In this document: positions 17,977 through 27,808 of the stretch, piece after piece
Layout: each line of letters starts with the position of its first letter
Position numbering within the stretch: the first letter of the stretch is position 1
NCBI GenBank assembly: GCA_030612885.1
Contig: JAUWMZ010000002.1
Coordinates: 5,834 to 69,833, forward strand
Length of the DNA stretch: 64,000 nt
Direction: 5' to 3'
From: Candidatus Nealsonbacteria bacterium
GTDB lineage: Bacteria; Patescibacteriota; Minisyncoccia; Minisyncoccales; JAGMDC01
Made by a program: the position numbers and the translations under genes
Notes under the pieces: generated by a model
Database searches by the model: none
Told to the model about the DNA's origin: nothing
The model's input: the letters and a program-made list of their open reading frames with translations, nothing else

Positions 17977-18969
17977 ATGCCTAAAATTTTTAAATATCTT
18001 TTGCTTGGATTATTAGTTTCTCTTTTAGTAATTTTTTGCTATTTTTTTATCGGTCAAGCACCAGAACAAGAAAAAATTACTTGGGGAGTGAGTTTTTCCC
18101 AAAAACATAGCCAAGGTTTAAACCTTGATTGGAAAGAAACGTATTTGGCTTTACTTGATGATTTAAAAATAAAAAATTTACGGCTAATTACTCACTGGGA
18201 TTTAATTGAGCCAGAAAAAGATAAATATGCCTTTGATAATTTGGACTGGCAGCTTAAAGAAGCAGAAAAAAGAGAAGTAGAAGTTATTTTAGTGATTGGT
18301 ATGAAAACTCCTCGCTGGCCAGAATGCCATATTCCTGATTGGGCAGAAAGTTTAAACAGAGAAGAAAGAGAAAAAGAGATTTTAGGTTTATTAAAAGAAA
18401 TAGTTTCAAACTATCGAGGTTCAACCTCAATAGTTGGATGGCAAATAGAAAATGAGCCCTTTTTTGAATTTGGTGAGTGTCCGGAAATCAGAGAGGAATT
18501 TGTAAAAGAAGAGATAGAATTAGTGAAAGCTATTGATTTTAATAACAAAAATATTATCATTACAGAAAGCGGCACTGGTTCTTTTTGGTTTAAGGGAGCA
18601 GAATTAGGCGATATAGTAGGTATTTCTTTATACAGAAAGGTCTGGTTTCATAAGCCCAGGATTTATGTCAATTATCCTTCTCCTCCAATTTTTTACTGGC
18701 GCAAAGCCCAAATTGTCCAAAGATTATTTAATAAAGAAGTAATTTGCGCTGAATTGCAGGCAGAACCCTGGGGTCCGGTTTTACTCTATGATTTATCTCT
18801 TGAAGAACAGGAAAAGACAATGAGTTTAGAACAATTCAAAAAGAACATTGATTTCGCCCAAAAAACCGGCTTAAAAGAATTTTATCTTTGGGGAGGAGAA
18901 TGGTGGTTCTGGCTCAAAACACAACAAAACCAGCCGGAAATTTGGCAGGAAGCAAAAAAACTTTTTTAA
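17977..18969 (+). CDS. Membrane-anchored TIM-barrel glycoside hydrolase, GH5-like
   Basis: N-terminal TM/signal sequence, the WQIENEP motif (NEP catalytic acid of clan GH-A) and W/Y-rich barrel segments. Confidence 0.5.
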   Translation: MPKIFKYLLLGLLVSLLVIFCYFFIGQAPEQEKITWGVSFSQKHSQGLNLDWKETYLALLDDLKIKNLRLITHWDLIEPEKDKYAFDNLDWQLKEAEKREVEVILVIGMKTPRWPECHIPDWAESLNREEREKEILGLLKEIVSNYRGSTSIVGWQIENEPFFEFGECPEIREEFVKEEIELVKAIDFNNKNIIITESGTGSFWFKGAELGDIVGISLYRKVWFHKPRIYVNYPSPPIFYWRKAQIVQRLFNKEVICAELQAEPWGPVLLYDLSLEEQEKTMSLEQFKKNIDFAQKTGLKEFYLWGGEWWFWLKTQQNQPEIWQEAKKLF

Positions 18970-18970
18970 A

Positions 18971-20542
18971 ATGGATATACCTTATTATTTAAAAATTGGC
19001 AAGGCGCCTGACGTTGAAAACCCAAAAGAAAGAATTATCTATAGAGCTTTTGAGGTTTTTCCTGGTGCTTTGGTTTGGCTCACCTTGGTTGGAATGTTTG
19101 TTTTATCCTGGTTCCGTCCGATCTGGGCAGCTATTTTTATTATTAGTTTCTGTGTTTATTGGTTATTAAGAAGTATTTATTTTTCTTCTTGTTTAGCTTT
19201 CTCTTATATAAAGCTTAATAAAAACTTAAATACTGACTGGCAAAGAAGGATAGCTGAATTATCGGTTTACAATCCTAAATTAGCGATTAAAGACTGGAAA
19301 GATATTTATCACTTAGTTATTTTTCCAATGTATAAAGAAAGCATAGAGATAGCCGGAGAAAGTTTTCAGGCATTAGTAGATTGTAATTATCCTAAAGATA
19401 AAATGATTGTCGTTTTAGGCATAGAAGAAAGGGCAGGAGAAGAAGCAGAAAAAGTAGCTCAAGAAATAGAAAAAGAGTTTGGCAATAAATTTTATAAATT
19501 TTTAATTACCAAACATCCAAACAATATTTCAGGAGAAATTGCCGGCAAGGGTTCTAATGAATGCTGGTCTGGCAGGGAAGTAAAGGAAAAAATAATAGAC
19601 CGAGAGAAAATTCCTTATGAAAAAATTATTGTTTCCAGTTTTGATATTGATACCCAAGTTTTCCCTCAATATTTTTCCTGTTTAACCTTTCATTATCTTA
19701 CTGATCCAGACCCGTTTCATTCCAGTTTTCAACCCATTCCTTTATATTTAAATAATCTTGAAGAAGCGCCTTTTTTTTCAAGAATTGTTGCCAGTTGTAA
19801 TGTTTTCTGGCAAATGATACAGCAGCAACGTCCGGAAAAGTTAGTTACTTATTCCTCTCATTCTATGAGTTTTAAGTCCTTAGTAGAAATGGATTTCTGG
19901 CAGAGCAATGTTGTTTCCGAAGATGCCGGCATATTTTGGAAATCATTTTTATTTTTTGACGGTGATTACAAAGTTATTCCTCTTCATTATCCTGTTTCCC
20001 AGGATAACTGTGTTGATAAAACTTTAAGAAAAACTGTTATCAATCAATACAAACAACAGCGGCGTTGGGCATGGGGAAGCGAAGGCATTCCTTATCTTTT
20101 ATTCGGCTTCTTCAAAAATAAGCAGATTTCTTTTAGAAAAAAGTTTCATTACGCGTTTTTAATGATAGAAGGATGTTGGGCTTGGGCAACCAATGCTTTG
20201 ATTATTCTTTTTTTGGGTTGGCTGCCTATTATTTTGGGTGGCAGTGAATTCAAGACAAGCTTGCTCTCTTATAATCTTCCAAGTATTACTGGCAATTTAA
20301 TGAAAATAGCTCTTTTTGCAGTAGTGGTCTTTTTGGTTGTTAATACTTTATTAATAGGTCTCCGTCCTTTTTATTTTGGCCGCTGGAAACATCTTTTTAT
20401 ACTTACGCAATGGCTTTTTTTGCCTTTTAGTTTAATAGTTTTTGGAGCCATTCCGGCTATTGATGCCCAGACCAGGTTGATGTTCGGCAAGTATATGGGT
20501 TTTTGGGTAACAGAAAAAGCCCGCTTTAAGAAAGAAATTTGA
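18971..20542 (+). CDS. Processive family-2 membrane glycosyltransferase (cellulose/chitin-synthase-like)
   Basis: QxxRW motif (QQRRWAWG), a preceding SEDAG (TED-like) motif, D-x-D (FDIDTQ), and N- and C-terminal TM helices. Confidence 0.65.
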   Translation: MDIPYYLKIGKAPDVENPKERIIYRAFEVFPGALVWLTLVGMFVLSWFRPIWAAIFIISFCVYWLLRSIYFSSCLAFSYIKLNKNLNTDWQRRIAELSVYNPKLAIKDWKDIYHLVIFPMYKESIEIAGESFQALVDCNYPKDKMIVVLGIEERAGEEAEKVAQEIEKEFGNKFYKFLITKHPNNISGEIAGKGSNECWSGREVKEKIIDREKIPYEKIIVSSFDIDTQVFPQYFSCLTFHYLTDPDPFHSSFQPIPLYLNNLEEAPFFSRIVASCNVFWQMIQQQRPEKLVTYSSHSMSFKSLVEMDFWQSNVVSEDAGIFWKSFLFFDGDYKVIPLHYPVSQDNCVDKTLRKTVINQYKQQRRWAWGSEGIPYLLFGFFKNKQISFRKKFHYAFLMIEGCWAWATNALIILFLGWLPIILGGSEFKTSLLSYNLPSITGNLMKIALFAVVVFLVVNTLLIGLRPFYFGRWKHLFILTQWLFLPFSLIVFGAIPAIDAQTRLMFGKYMGFWVTEKARFKKEI

Positions 20543-20615
20543 ACAAGGTTTTTAAATAAGATATAATTAAAAATTAAAACATTATTTAAAAATTAAAAAT
20601 TAAAAATTTTAACTA

Positions 20616-21947
20616 ATGATGTACGAATTACCAAAATTAAAGTTTCCAAAACTTATAAAAGCTCCTGAAAGCCAGAGAATAGAGAAAGGTTTTCTTTTGA
20701 GGATTTTAATATTAAGCATCCTTATTTCTTCTCTTTTTGGTTTTTTAGCCGGAGGATTTTTTAGTTATTATTTCTATCAGGAGGTAAAAGATTATTTTTT
20801 AGAATTAAATATTGGAATACCGGAAACTGAAAAAATAATTGAAAAGCATATTACAGAAAAGGAATATATCCCTCAAACCACTCAAGAGGAAAAAATTATT
20901 GAAGTAGTTGAAAAAACATCTCCAGCAGTGGTCAGCATAATAATTACCAAAGATGTACCAGTTATAGAACAGTATTACATAGATCCATTTGGTCAGGATT
21001 GGCCATTTGAGCTTCAAGTACCAGAATACCGTCAGAAAGGTACTGAAAAAAAAGAAGTTGGCGGCGGAACAGGGTTTATTGTTTCTGAAGATGGAATGAT
21101 TTTGACTAATAAACATGTGGTTTTGGACAAAGAAGCTGATTATACTGTTTTCACTAATGACGGTAGAAAATTCTCGGCTAAGGTTTTGGCTCGCGATCCG
21201 GTTCAGGATTTGGCTATCATTAAAATAGAACAGGAGATGACAACAAATTATAATGGCGATGCGGAGATTAAACCTTTTAGAGTAGCAAAGTTAGGCGACT
21301 CTTCTAATCTCCAGATTGGCCAGACAGTTATTGCTATCGGCAATGCTTTGGGAGAGTTTCGGAATACTATTTCCTTGGGAGTAATTTCCGGCTTAGGCAG
21401 GACTATTACTGCTTCTGGCGGCGGATTAGTAGAGACAATTGAAGATGTCATTCAGACCGATGCGGCAATCAACAAGGGAAATTCCGGAGGTCCGCTTTTA
21501 AATTTAAAAGGGGAGGTGATAGGCATTAATACTGCTACTGTTATCGGCGCTCAAAATATTGGTTTTGCTATTCCGGTCAATAAAGCTAAAAAAGACATTG
21601 AGCAGGTAAAGACAATAGGAAAGATTGTTTATCCTTTTTTGGGAGTTTGCTATGTTTTAATCAATGAAAAAATCCAAGAAGAAAATAACTTGTCAGTTAA
21701 TTACGGCGCCTTAATTATTCCTGGAGATACCGGGCAATCAGCTGTTTTTCCTGATTCACCGGCTGAAGAAGCTGGCTTAAAAGAAGAAGATATTATTTTA
21801 GAATTTAATGATGAAAAAATCAGTATTAATAATTCTTTAGCTAAGATTATTTTAAAATACAACCCTAATGATAGAGTGAAATTGAAAATTTTATCTGGCG
21901 ATCAAGAAAAAACAATCTGGATTACCTTAGCTGAACGCGAGGAATAA
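20616..21947 (+). CDS. htrA: HtrA/DegP-family periplasmic serine protease with PDZ domain
   Basis: N-terminal TM, catalytic His (TNKHVV), GNSGGPLLN serine motif and a C-terminal PDZ domain. Confidence 0.8.
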   Translation: MMYELPKLKFPKLIKAPESQRIEKGFLLRILILSILISSLFGFLAGGFFSYYFYQEVKDYFLELNIGIPETEKIIEKHITEKEYIPQTTQEEKIIEVVEKTSPAVVSIIITKDVPVIEQYYIDPFGQDWPFELQVPEYRQKGTEKKEVGGGTGFIVSEDGMILTNKHVVLDKEADYTVFTNDGRKFSAKVLARDPVQDLAIIKIEQEMTTNYNGDAEIKPFRVAKLGDSSNLQIGQTVIAIGNALGEFRNTISLGVISGLGRTITASGGGLVETIEDVIQTDAAINKGNSGGPLLNLKGEVIGINTATVIGAQNIGFAIPVNKAKKDIEQVKTIGKIVYPFLGVCYVLINEKIQEENNLSVNYGALIIPGDTGQSAVFPDSPAEEAGLKEEDIILEFNDEKISINNSLAKIILKYNPNDRVKLKILSGDQEKTIWITLAEREE

Positions 21948-22049
21948 AATGCCGAGAACGGTTCTCAATGATTGGGGTTGACATTTATTTAGGATTATTT
22001 ACTATAGATAATAGATGTGGATAATATAGTTCTTTTATGATATAAAGTT

Positions 22050-22108
22050 GGGAGCAGTATTTTAGTTTATCACTAAATTAAAATGTGGTAGATTAAAATG
22101 CTGCTCCC
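22050..22108 (+). ncRNA. Candidate structured RNA element: 15-bp stem with one G-U pair and a 29-nt loop
   Basis: GGGAGCAGTATTTTA ... TAAAATGCTGCTCCC. The single non-Watson-Crick position is T:G on the + strand, which is a U-G wobble; on the - strand it would be an A:C mismatch. Further helices follow (TGGGT..ACCCA, CAGAGA..TCTCTG). Confidence 0.3.
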
Positions 22109-22295
22109 TCAAAGATAGTTTCTCGGAAAAGGGGTATTAGTGATTGATCTGGGTCTAACAAACCCAAAAGCCCACAATCACATGTAAGATATGGGAAGAT
22201 AATCTCTTCCACAGAGAACTAGGGTTAGCAGTATGGAGCAGCACTCTCTGTTAAAAAAAATAGGAGGTGATAATGCCGAAAGGCAAAAGGAAAAA

Positions 22296-22652
22296 ATGAA
22301 CAAAAGATTGTTTGTGTCATTTGTTATGGCATTTGCGATAGCAGGAGCACTGCTTATACCGGTATCTGTAGCTCTGGGCCTGATGGTTTTAGGTATGACT
22401 TCAGAAACGACTGGAGTGGTTGGTTTAGCAGAACTGGCAGTCATAGGAATATGCGGAACAGTAATAATAGTAGTCATGTACATAGCGAAGAGGACTAAGA
22501 AAAGTCCGACATTTCCAAGAAACTCAGTCATGTATACAGTAATATCTACAGCGATATTTGCAAAGAACTCAAGATATCCCGTCAATATGAGCAGGATGAA
22601 AGCAAGCCCACAGAATCTAACAAAGTGTAACGGCTCACCTAGAGGTCTTTAA
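22296..22652 (+). CDS. Possible small 2-TM membrane protein (low confidence; region may instead be a structured RNA)
   Basis: MNKRLFVSFVMAFAIAGALLIPVSVALGLMVLGMTSETTGVVGLAELAVIGICGTVIIVVMYIAKRTKK. Competes with an antisense ORF at 22178..22585 and has a non-membrane-like C-terminal tail. Confidence 0.3.
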   Translation: MNKRLFVSFVMAFAIAGALLIPVSVALGLMVLGMTSETTGVVGLAELAVIGICGTVIIVVMYIAKRTKKSPTFPRNSVMYTVISTAIFAKNSRYPVNMSRMKASPQNLTKCNGSPRGL

Positions 22653-22809
22653 TTTCGACTTTCATTGCCGAGTAAAAACTACTATAAAACAGAAAAATTA
22701 TAGTTTTGGGCTTTAGTAAAACAGAAGATCAGATACTCCGACTGAGCATAAACACATCCCGCCTTCGCCCTACGGCTACGGCGGGCAAAGAAAAAATCAC
22801 AAAATACAT

Positions 22810-22847
22810 GGAGGTGGTACAATTTTTACCCCTCCCCTTTTTATTTA
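22810..22847 (+). terminator. Rho-independent terminator upstream of clpB
   Basis: GGAGGTGG ... CCCCTCC stem followed by CCTTTTTATTT. Confidence 0.45.
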
Positions 22848-22948
22848 CAAAAACTAACATCCGGTTTTAGATAATTATTTTTTTAGACCATTGGTTTCTT
22901 TTTAGCTATTGATTTTTCGCTTATTTTATAGTAAAAAGAAAGTGTATG

Positions 22949-25642
22949 ATGGGAGCAAATTTTACTCACAAAGCCCAGGAGGCGATACTCTTGGCTCAAG
23001 ATGTAGCCCGGGAAATGGGTCAGCAGCAAATTGATGCTTTGCATCTGCTTTACGCTTTATCTTCGCAAGAAGAAAGCGTGGTTTTGACTTTGCTTCAGAA
23101 ATTAGGCGTAGATATAGATGATTTAAAAAAGAAAACAAAAAAGGCCTTAAGCACAATCTCCAGCATTGCTAATCCTCAGGCATTTGGTCAGTTTTATTTA
23201 ACCCAAGATATGGCGAAAGTTTTAGACAGAGCCAGGCAGGAAGCGGTAAAAATGAATGATGAATTTATTTCCATAGAGCATATGTTTTTAGCTTTAATTG
23301 ATACTCCTACCAAAGCAAAAGAAATTTTAGAAAATGTTAATTTTATGTCGGCAGCCGGAGGCACAGCTGCTTTGGAATTAGGCAAGTTAAATTATCAGGA
23401 AGTTTTAAAAATTTTAAGTCAGATTAGGGGAGGCCAGAGAATTACTGACCCGGAACCAGAAACAAAATATCAGGTTTTAGAAAAATATGCCAGGAATCTC
23501 AATCAATTGGCTCGTCAAGGAAAGCTTGATCCAGTCATTGGCAGAGAAAACGAAGTCAGGCGTTTAATGCAGGTTCTTTCCCGTCGAACCAAAAATAACC
23601 CGGTTTTAATCGGTGAAGCCGGAGTAGGGAAGACCGCTATTGTTGAAGGATTGGCTCAGATAATTATCAGAAAAGATGTTCCGGAAAGTTTGAAAGAAAA
23701 AGAAATTATTGCTTTGGATTTGGGAAGTTTGATTGCCGGCACAAAATATCGGGGAGAATTTGAGGATAGAGTTAAGGCCCTGCTGAAAGAAATAAATCGG
23801 GCCGCCGGCCATTATATTTTGTTTATTGATGAAGTTCATACCTTGGTAGGAGCCGGGGCGGCTGAAGGAGCTATTGATGCTTCCAATTTGCTGAAACCGG
23901 CCTTAGCCAGAGGAGAGCTTCGGGCAATCGGAGCAACGACCCTAAAAGAATATCAAAAATATATTGAGAGGGATGCTGCTTTGGAAAGAAGATTCCAGCC
24001 TGTTTATGTCAGCGAACCGACAGTGGAAGACACCATTGCTATTTTGCGTGGCATTAAAGAGAAATATGAACTTCATCACGGTGTGAAGATTAAAGATTCA
24101 GCTTTAATAGCCGCGGCTGAGCTTTCAGCCCGCTATATTTCAGACAGATTCCTGCCTGATAAAGCCGTGGACTTAATGGATGAGGCAATGAGCGCTCTTC
24201 GTTTGGAAATAGAATCAGAGCCGGTCGAATTTGATGAATTTAGAAAAGAAATTCAGAAATTAGAAATTGAGAAACAGGCCTTAAATAAAGAAAAAGGACC
24301 TGGTTTAAAGAGACGATTGACCGTCATTAACCGCAAATTAGCTGATTTGAAGGAGAAAATAAAAGAGATTGAAATGCGCTGGAAAACCGAGAAAGAATTG
24401 ATTCAGGGAGTTAGAAATCTAAAAAAAGAAATTGATAACTTAAATTTTCAAGCCGAAGTCAGCCAAAGAGAAAACAATCTTCAAAGAGTAGCAGAAATAA
24501 AATACGGAAAGATACCAGAGCTTTTGAAAGAAATCAGCAAAAAAGAAAAAGAGCTGACCAGATTCCAAAAGAAAAAAGGAATGTTAAAAGAGGAAGTTTC
24601 CGAAGAGGATGTGGCGCGGATTGTTGCTTCTTGGACAGGTATTGTGGTCACTCGGTTGATGGAGGAAGAAGCAAAGAAGCTGGAAAGAATGGAGATGATA
24701 ATTTCTAAAAGAGTAGTGGGTCAGGAGCCAGCCATTAAGGCTATTTCCAATGCTATTCGGCGTTCTCGAGCCGGCATTGCCGAAGAAAATCGGCCTCTGG
24801 GCTCCTTTATGTTTTTAGGTCCTACTGGAGTAGGAAAGACAGAAACCGCTCGGGCTTTGGCTGAATTTTTGTTTAATGATGAAAATTCTTTGGTGTGTCT
24901 GGATATGTCGGAATATATGGAAAAGCATACTGTTTCCAAGATTATTGGCGCGCCACCTGGGTATGTTGGCTATGAAGAATCAGGCCAGTTGACAGAGAAA
25001 ATCAGGAGAAGACCCTATAGCGTGGTTTTATTGGATGAAATCGAAAAAGCTCATCCAGAGGTTTTTAATATTTTACTTCAAATTATGGAGGATGGCCGCT
25101 TAACCGACGCCAAAGGCAGAAAAGTTTCTTTTAAAAATACTATTTTGATTATGACTTCAAACATTGGTTCAGATGAGATCGCCGAAATGAGTTCTATAGG
25201 ATTTTTAGAAGAAAAAGGAGAGATTCGCCAATCTCTGAAAGACAAAGTTATGGCTGCTTTAAAAAATGATTTTAGGCCTGAATTTTTGAATAGGATTGAT
25301 GAGATTATTATCTTTAACTATTTAGGCAAAAAAGAGATTAAGAAAATAGTGGAAATTGAATTAGAAAAAGTGGCTCTTCGTTTGAAACACAAAAAGATTA
25401 CCTTAAATATTTCTCCTAAGGCAAAGGAATTTTTAGCGGAAAAAGGTTTTGACCCTAATTTAGGAGCCAGGCCTCTGAAAAGAGTAATCCAAAAACTGAT
25501 TTTGGATCCTTTGGCTTTAAGAATAGTTATTGGTTCTCTTAAGGAAGGGGAGAGAATTTCCGCTGATGTTAAGGACGGAAAGATTGTTTTAAACGGCGCT
25601 GGCTTTGAAAAAGTCCCAAAAAGAGAAAAAGTTTTAGTATAA
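22949..25642 (+). CDS. clpB: ClpB disaggregase chaperone (two AAA+ modules plus middle coiled-coil)
   Basis: Clp N domain, Walker [16 protein letters not shown], a long coiled-coil M-domain, a second Walker [10 protein letters not shown] and the signature GARPLKR. Confidence 0.9.
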   Translation: MGANFTHKAQEAILLAQDVAREMGQQQIDALHLLYALSSQEESVVLTLLQKLGVDIDDLKKKTKKALSTISSIANPQAFGQFYLTQDMAKVLDRARQEAVKMNDEFISIEHMFLALIDTPTKAKEILENVNFMSAAGGTAALELGKLNYQEVLKILSQIRGGQRITDPEPETKYQVLEKYARNLNQLARQGKLDPVIGRENEVRRLMQVLSRRTKNNPVLIGEAGVGKTAIVEGLAQIIIRKDVPESLKEKEIIALDLGSLIAGTKYRGEFEDRVKALLKEINRAAGHYILFIDEVHTLVGAGAAEGAIDASNLLKPALARGELRAIGATTLKEYQKYIERDAALERRFQPVYVSEPTVEDTIAILRGIKEKYELHHGVKIKDSALIAAAELSARYISDRFLPDKAVDLMDEAMSALRLEIESEPVEFDEFRKEIQKLEIEKQALNKEKGPGLKRRLTVINRKLADLKEKIKEIEMRWKTEKELIQGVRNLKKEIDNLNFQAEVSQRENNLQRVAEIKYGKIPELLKEISKKEKELTRFQKKKGMLKEEVSEEDVARIVASWTGIVVTRLMEEEAKKLERMEMIISKRVVGQEPAIKAISNAIRRSRAGIAEENRPLGSFMFLGPTGVGKTETARALAEFLFNDENSLVCLDMSEYMEKHTVSKIIGAPPGYVGYEESGQLTEKIRRRPYSVVLLDEIEKAHPEVFNILLQIMEDGRLTDAKGRKVSFKNTILIMTSNIGSDEIAEMSSIGFLEEKGEIRQSLKDKVMAALKNDFRPEFLNRIDEIIIFNYLGKKEIKKIVEIELEKVALRLKHKKITLNISPKAKEFLAEKGFDPNLGARPLKRVIQKLILDPLALRIVIGSLKEGERISADVKDGKIVLNGAGFEKVPKREKVLV

Positions 25643-25646
25643 AATT

Positions 25647-26393
25647 ATGTCTAAACTAGCCTTTCAAATAATACTTATTTTTATCATTGGAACAGTAGGC
25701 GGAATTTTTGCTGACCAAATTCTCTGGCCTTATTTTATAGAAAGGCCTCTTTTTTTAGAATATCGATTAGACCAGCCGCCGGTCTATATTAATGAAATAA
25801 GAGAAATTATCATTCAGGAAAATACTGCTTTAGAGATAGCCATAGAAAAAGTAGAAAAAACAGCTATCAGTATAAAAACAAAAAAGAAATCAGGGAAAAT
25901 TTTATATGGTTCTGGCCTGGTTGTTACTTCTGACGGATTAGCAGTTACCTTAGCTGAACTTGTGCCTTTGGGTTCAACATTTAATTTTTATATCAAAGAA
26001 GGCTCTGATTTTAAAAAAGTTAATGGGCAAGTTATAAAAAGAGATTTAAAAAATAATTTAGGCCTGATAAAAATTGAAAAAACAGATTTAGATACTACTG
26101 GTTTTGCTGATTTGGAAAAAATCAAATTAGGGCAAAGGATATTCCTTATAGGAACAGAGTTTGAAGCAAAACAATCAGCATCTATGTTATTGCCAAAAAG
26201 CTTTGTAAATCAAGGCATAATAAGTTCTTTTAATCAAGAATTAATTGCCACAAATATCTTTGAGAAAAATAACATATTAGGCAGTCCCTTATTTGATATT
26301 GAAGGCAATGCTTTAGGTTTGAATACACTTGACTCGGAAAACAGAATTATAACAATCCCAATCACTAAAATCAAAACCTTCCTCGGCTTCTAA
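25647..26393 (+). CDS. Membrane-anchored hypothetical protein with degenerate trypsin-like fold
   Basis: N-terminal TM. GSGLVVTSDGLAVT resembles the HtrA core but lacks the GNSGGP serine motif. Confidence 0.45.
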   Translation: MSKLAFQIILIFIIGTVGGIFADQILWPYFIERPLFLEYRLDQPPVYINEIREIIIQENTALEIAIEKVEKTAISIKTKKKSGKILYGSGLVVTSDGLAVTLAELVPLGSTFNFYIKEGSDFKKVNGQVIKRDLKNNLGLIKIEKTDLDTTGFADLEKIKLGQRIFLIGTEFEAKQSASMLLPKSFVNQGIISSFNQELIATNIFEKNNILGSPLFDIEGNALGLNTLDSENRIITIPITKIKTFLGF

Positions 26394-26407
26394 CTCACTA
26401 CTGTTTT

Positions 26408-26460
26408 TTTTCGCCAACTGACGAAACATTGCTAGGGAGGTTTTCGCCAACTAGCGAAAC
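26408..26460. repeat. Two imperfect 20-bp direct repeats TTTCGCCAACTGACGAAAC / TTTCGCCAACTAGCGAAAC
   Basis: Separated by 13 bp. Each contains a TTCG..CGAA inverted motif. Immediately upstream of the 380-aa orphan gene. Confidence 0.5.
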
Positions 26461-26483
26461 TTTGATATAAACCCATAAATAAC

Positions 26484-27626
26484 ATGCTGAGTATTCTGTT
26501 ATTAGATTGTTCAAAAGAATTAGCCGAAAAACTTAAACGTCAGGGTTTTGATGTTAGTTCGGGCACAATTGGTTTTTGTGATAAAAAAAGGCAACTCCCT
26601 TCTCAGGTATATGAAAAAGATATTTTTATATATAATCCGCGTTCTTTTAAAAAAGATAAACATGGATTTTATATAGAAAGCGATGATATAGAAGACTTAA
26701 CACCCGAATATAGTTTACACTATTTGTCAGAACACATTGAGAGAGGAGCTACGTTTTTAATTTTTATTAATCATGTATCTGATGATATAGAAAAACAAAA
26801 CGAAGCATATGATTGGATTCCATTTATGCCAGAAGCCTATTTTACAAAAGACCACCAGCCAATTGCTACGAGAGTTAGCAAAGACCTAAATTATAACTAC
26901 CTCGCACCCATTGTTTTACTAAAGAATCTGAGAATTCCTGTTTTACAAAAAATCAGCCCACCAAAACAAAAACAATACACATATACTCCAGATGTTTTTC
27001 ATCTATTTTTTAATAGAAATTACGAAATTTTAGGAGTTTTTATTAAACGAGGTTTGGGGCAATTAATAATTCTGCCCGAATATCAAAATAATGAAGAAAT
27101 CGTAGGTATTTTTCTTAATAGGGTAATGCCAAAAATTTACAGCAGAGAAACAAAAATTAATCTTATTGACCAATTTTTATCCCCCGAAGAATTAACCATA
27201 AGTAATGAGGTCCGGGAAGCAGAATGCGTTATTCAGGAGGCTAACGAGACATTAGAAGTTGCAAAAGAGAAATTAGCAAGTGCAAATCGTAATAAAATTC
27301 AAGTTATAAAAAATGATGAAACGGCTGTTTTAATACTAAATTATTACGATCTTGCTACACAGCAAGAAGATGTTGCACTTTTTTACCTCTATAAGATTAT
27401 TGAAGCTTTAGAAAAGAAATACGGTAGCGAAAAAGAGGCGAAAAGTATACTTATATGTAATAAAGAATGGAATCTAATAGGAAAAGTTGCGAATGTAAGT
27501 TATGCGGATATTCGGCATGCTCCTAAACCTGGCGAAAAAATTAGAGAGTGGACAGAAGAAGAAATCAAAAATTGTTTTACAGATGCTGAAAAAATAATCA
27601 ACATTTATTTATCAACCCTATTTTAA
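26484..27626 (+). CDS. Hypothetical 380-aa protein, no recognisable motif, adjacent to the R-M island
   Basis: Clean ORF with a C-terminal coiled-coil segment and no similarity I can assign to any family. Confidence 0.5.
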   Translation: MLSILLLDCSKELAEKLKRQGFDVSSGTIGFCDKKRQLPSQVYEKDIFIYNPRSFKKDKHGFYIESDDIEDLTPEYSLHYLSEHIERGATFLIFINHVSDDIEKQNEAYDWIPFMPEAYFTKDHQPIATRVSKDLNYNYLAPIVLLKNLRIPVLQKISPPKQKQYTYTPDVFHLFFNRNYEILGVFIKRGLGQLIILPEYQNNEEIVGIFLNRVMPKIYSRETKINLIDQFLSPEELTISNEVREAECVIQEANETLEVAKEKLASANRNKIQVIKNDETAVLILNYYDLATQQEDVALFYLYKIIEALEKKYGSEKEAKSILICNKEWNLIGKVANVSYADIRHAPKPGEKIREWTEEEIKNCFTDAEKIINIYLSTLF

Positions 27627-27644
27627 GACACTCCTAGAATGAAT

Positions 27645-27671
27645 TATGATTGATTTCCGAAGTCAATCAAT
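27645..27671. repeat. REP family B: ATGATTGATTTCCGAAGTCAATCAATA (7-bp stem TGATTGA/TCAATCA)
   Basis: An identical 27-mer recurs at 33547..33573. Confidence 0.65.
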
Positions 27672-27732
27672 AATAAATCACAAAAACGAATTAAATAGTT
27701 TTTTAGAAAAATCTAAGAATTTTTCTTTAGAA

Positions 27733-27778
27733 TAGATCCTACGAATCCTACGGGAATCCTGCGGGATGGCTTCCTGCA
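27733..27778. repeat. Three tandem ATCCTRCG(gga) units ending in hairpin CCTGCGGGATGGCTTCCTGCA
   Basis: gATCCTACGaATCCTACGGGAATCCTGCGGGATGGCTTCCTGCA. The 13-nt core CGGGATGGCTTCC is shared with the hairpin at 31946..31962 on the other side of the R-M island. Confidence 0.5.
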
Positions 27779-27808
27779 TGATTTTGGGTTATTCTTAATA
27801 AAGAGAGT

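Noticed and set aside
20543-20615. AAAAATTAAAA tandem repeats before htrA
   Set aside because: Simple AT-rich low-complexity promoter DNA with no defined unit conservation.
21953-21975. REP family A copy after htrA
   Set aside because: Only the GAGAAC.GTTCTC core is conserved and the flanks differ. It is equally explained as a weak terminator hairpin.
22178-22585. Antisense 135-aa ORF
   Set aside because: It overlaps the better-supported + strand ORF with its SD and the + strand-specific wobble helix, and its composition looks like a shadow frame.
21948-22945. RNase P RNA / tmRNA / SRP RNA
   Set aside because: There are partial resemblances (GAAAAGUCCGAC, ACAGAAUCUAAC), but they occur in the wrong order and spacing for RNase P. 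There is no GGGG...CCACCA tRNA-like pairing for tmRNA and no SRP domain-IV motif.
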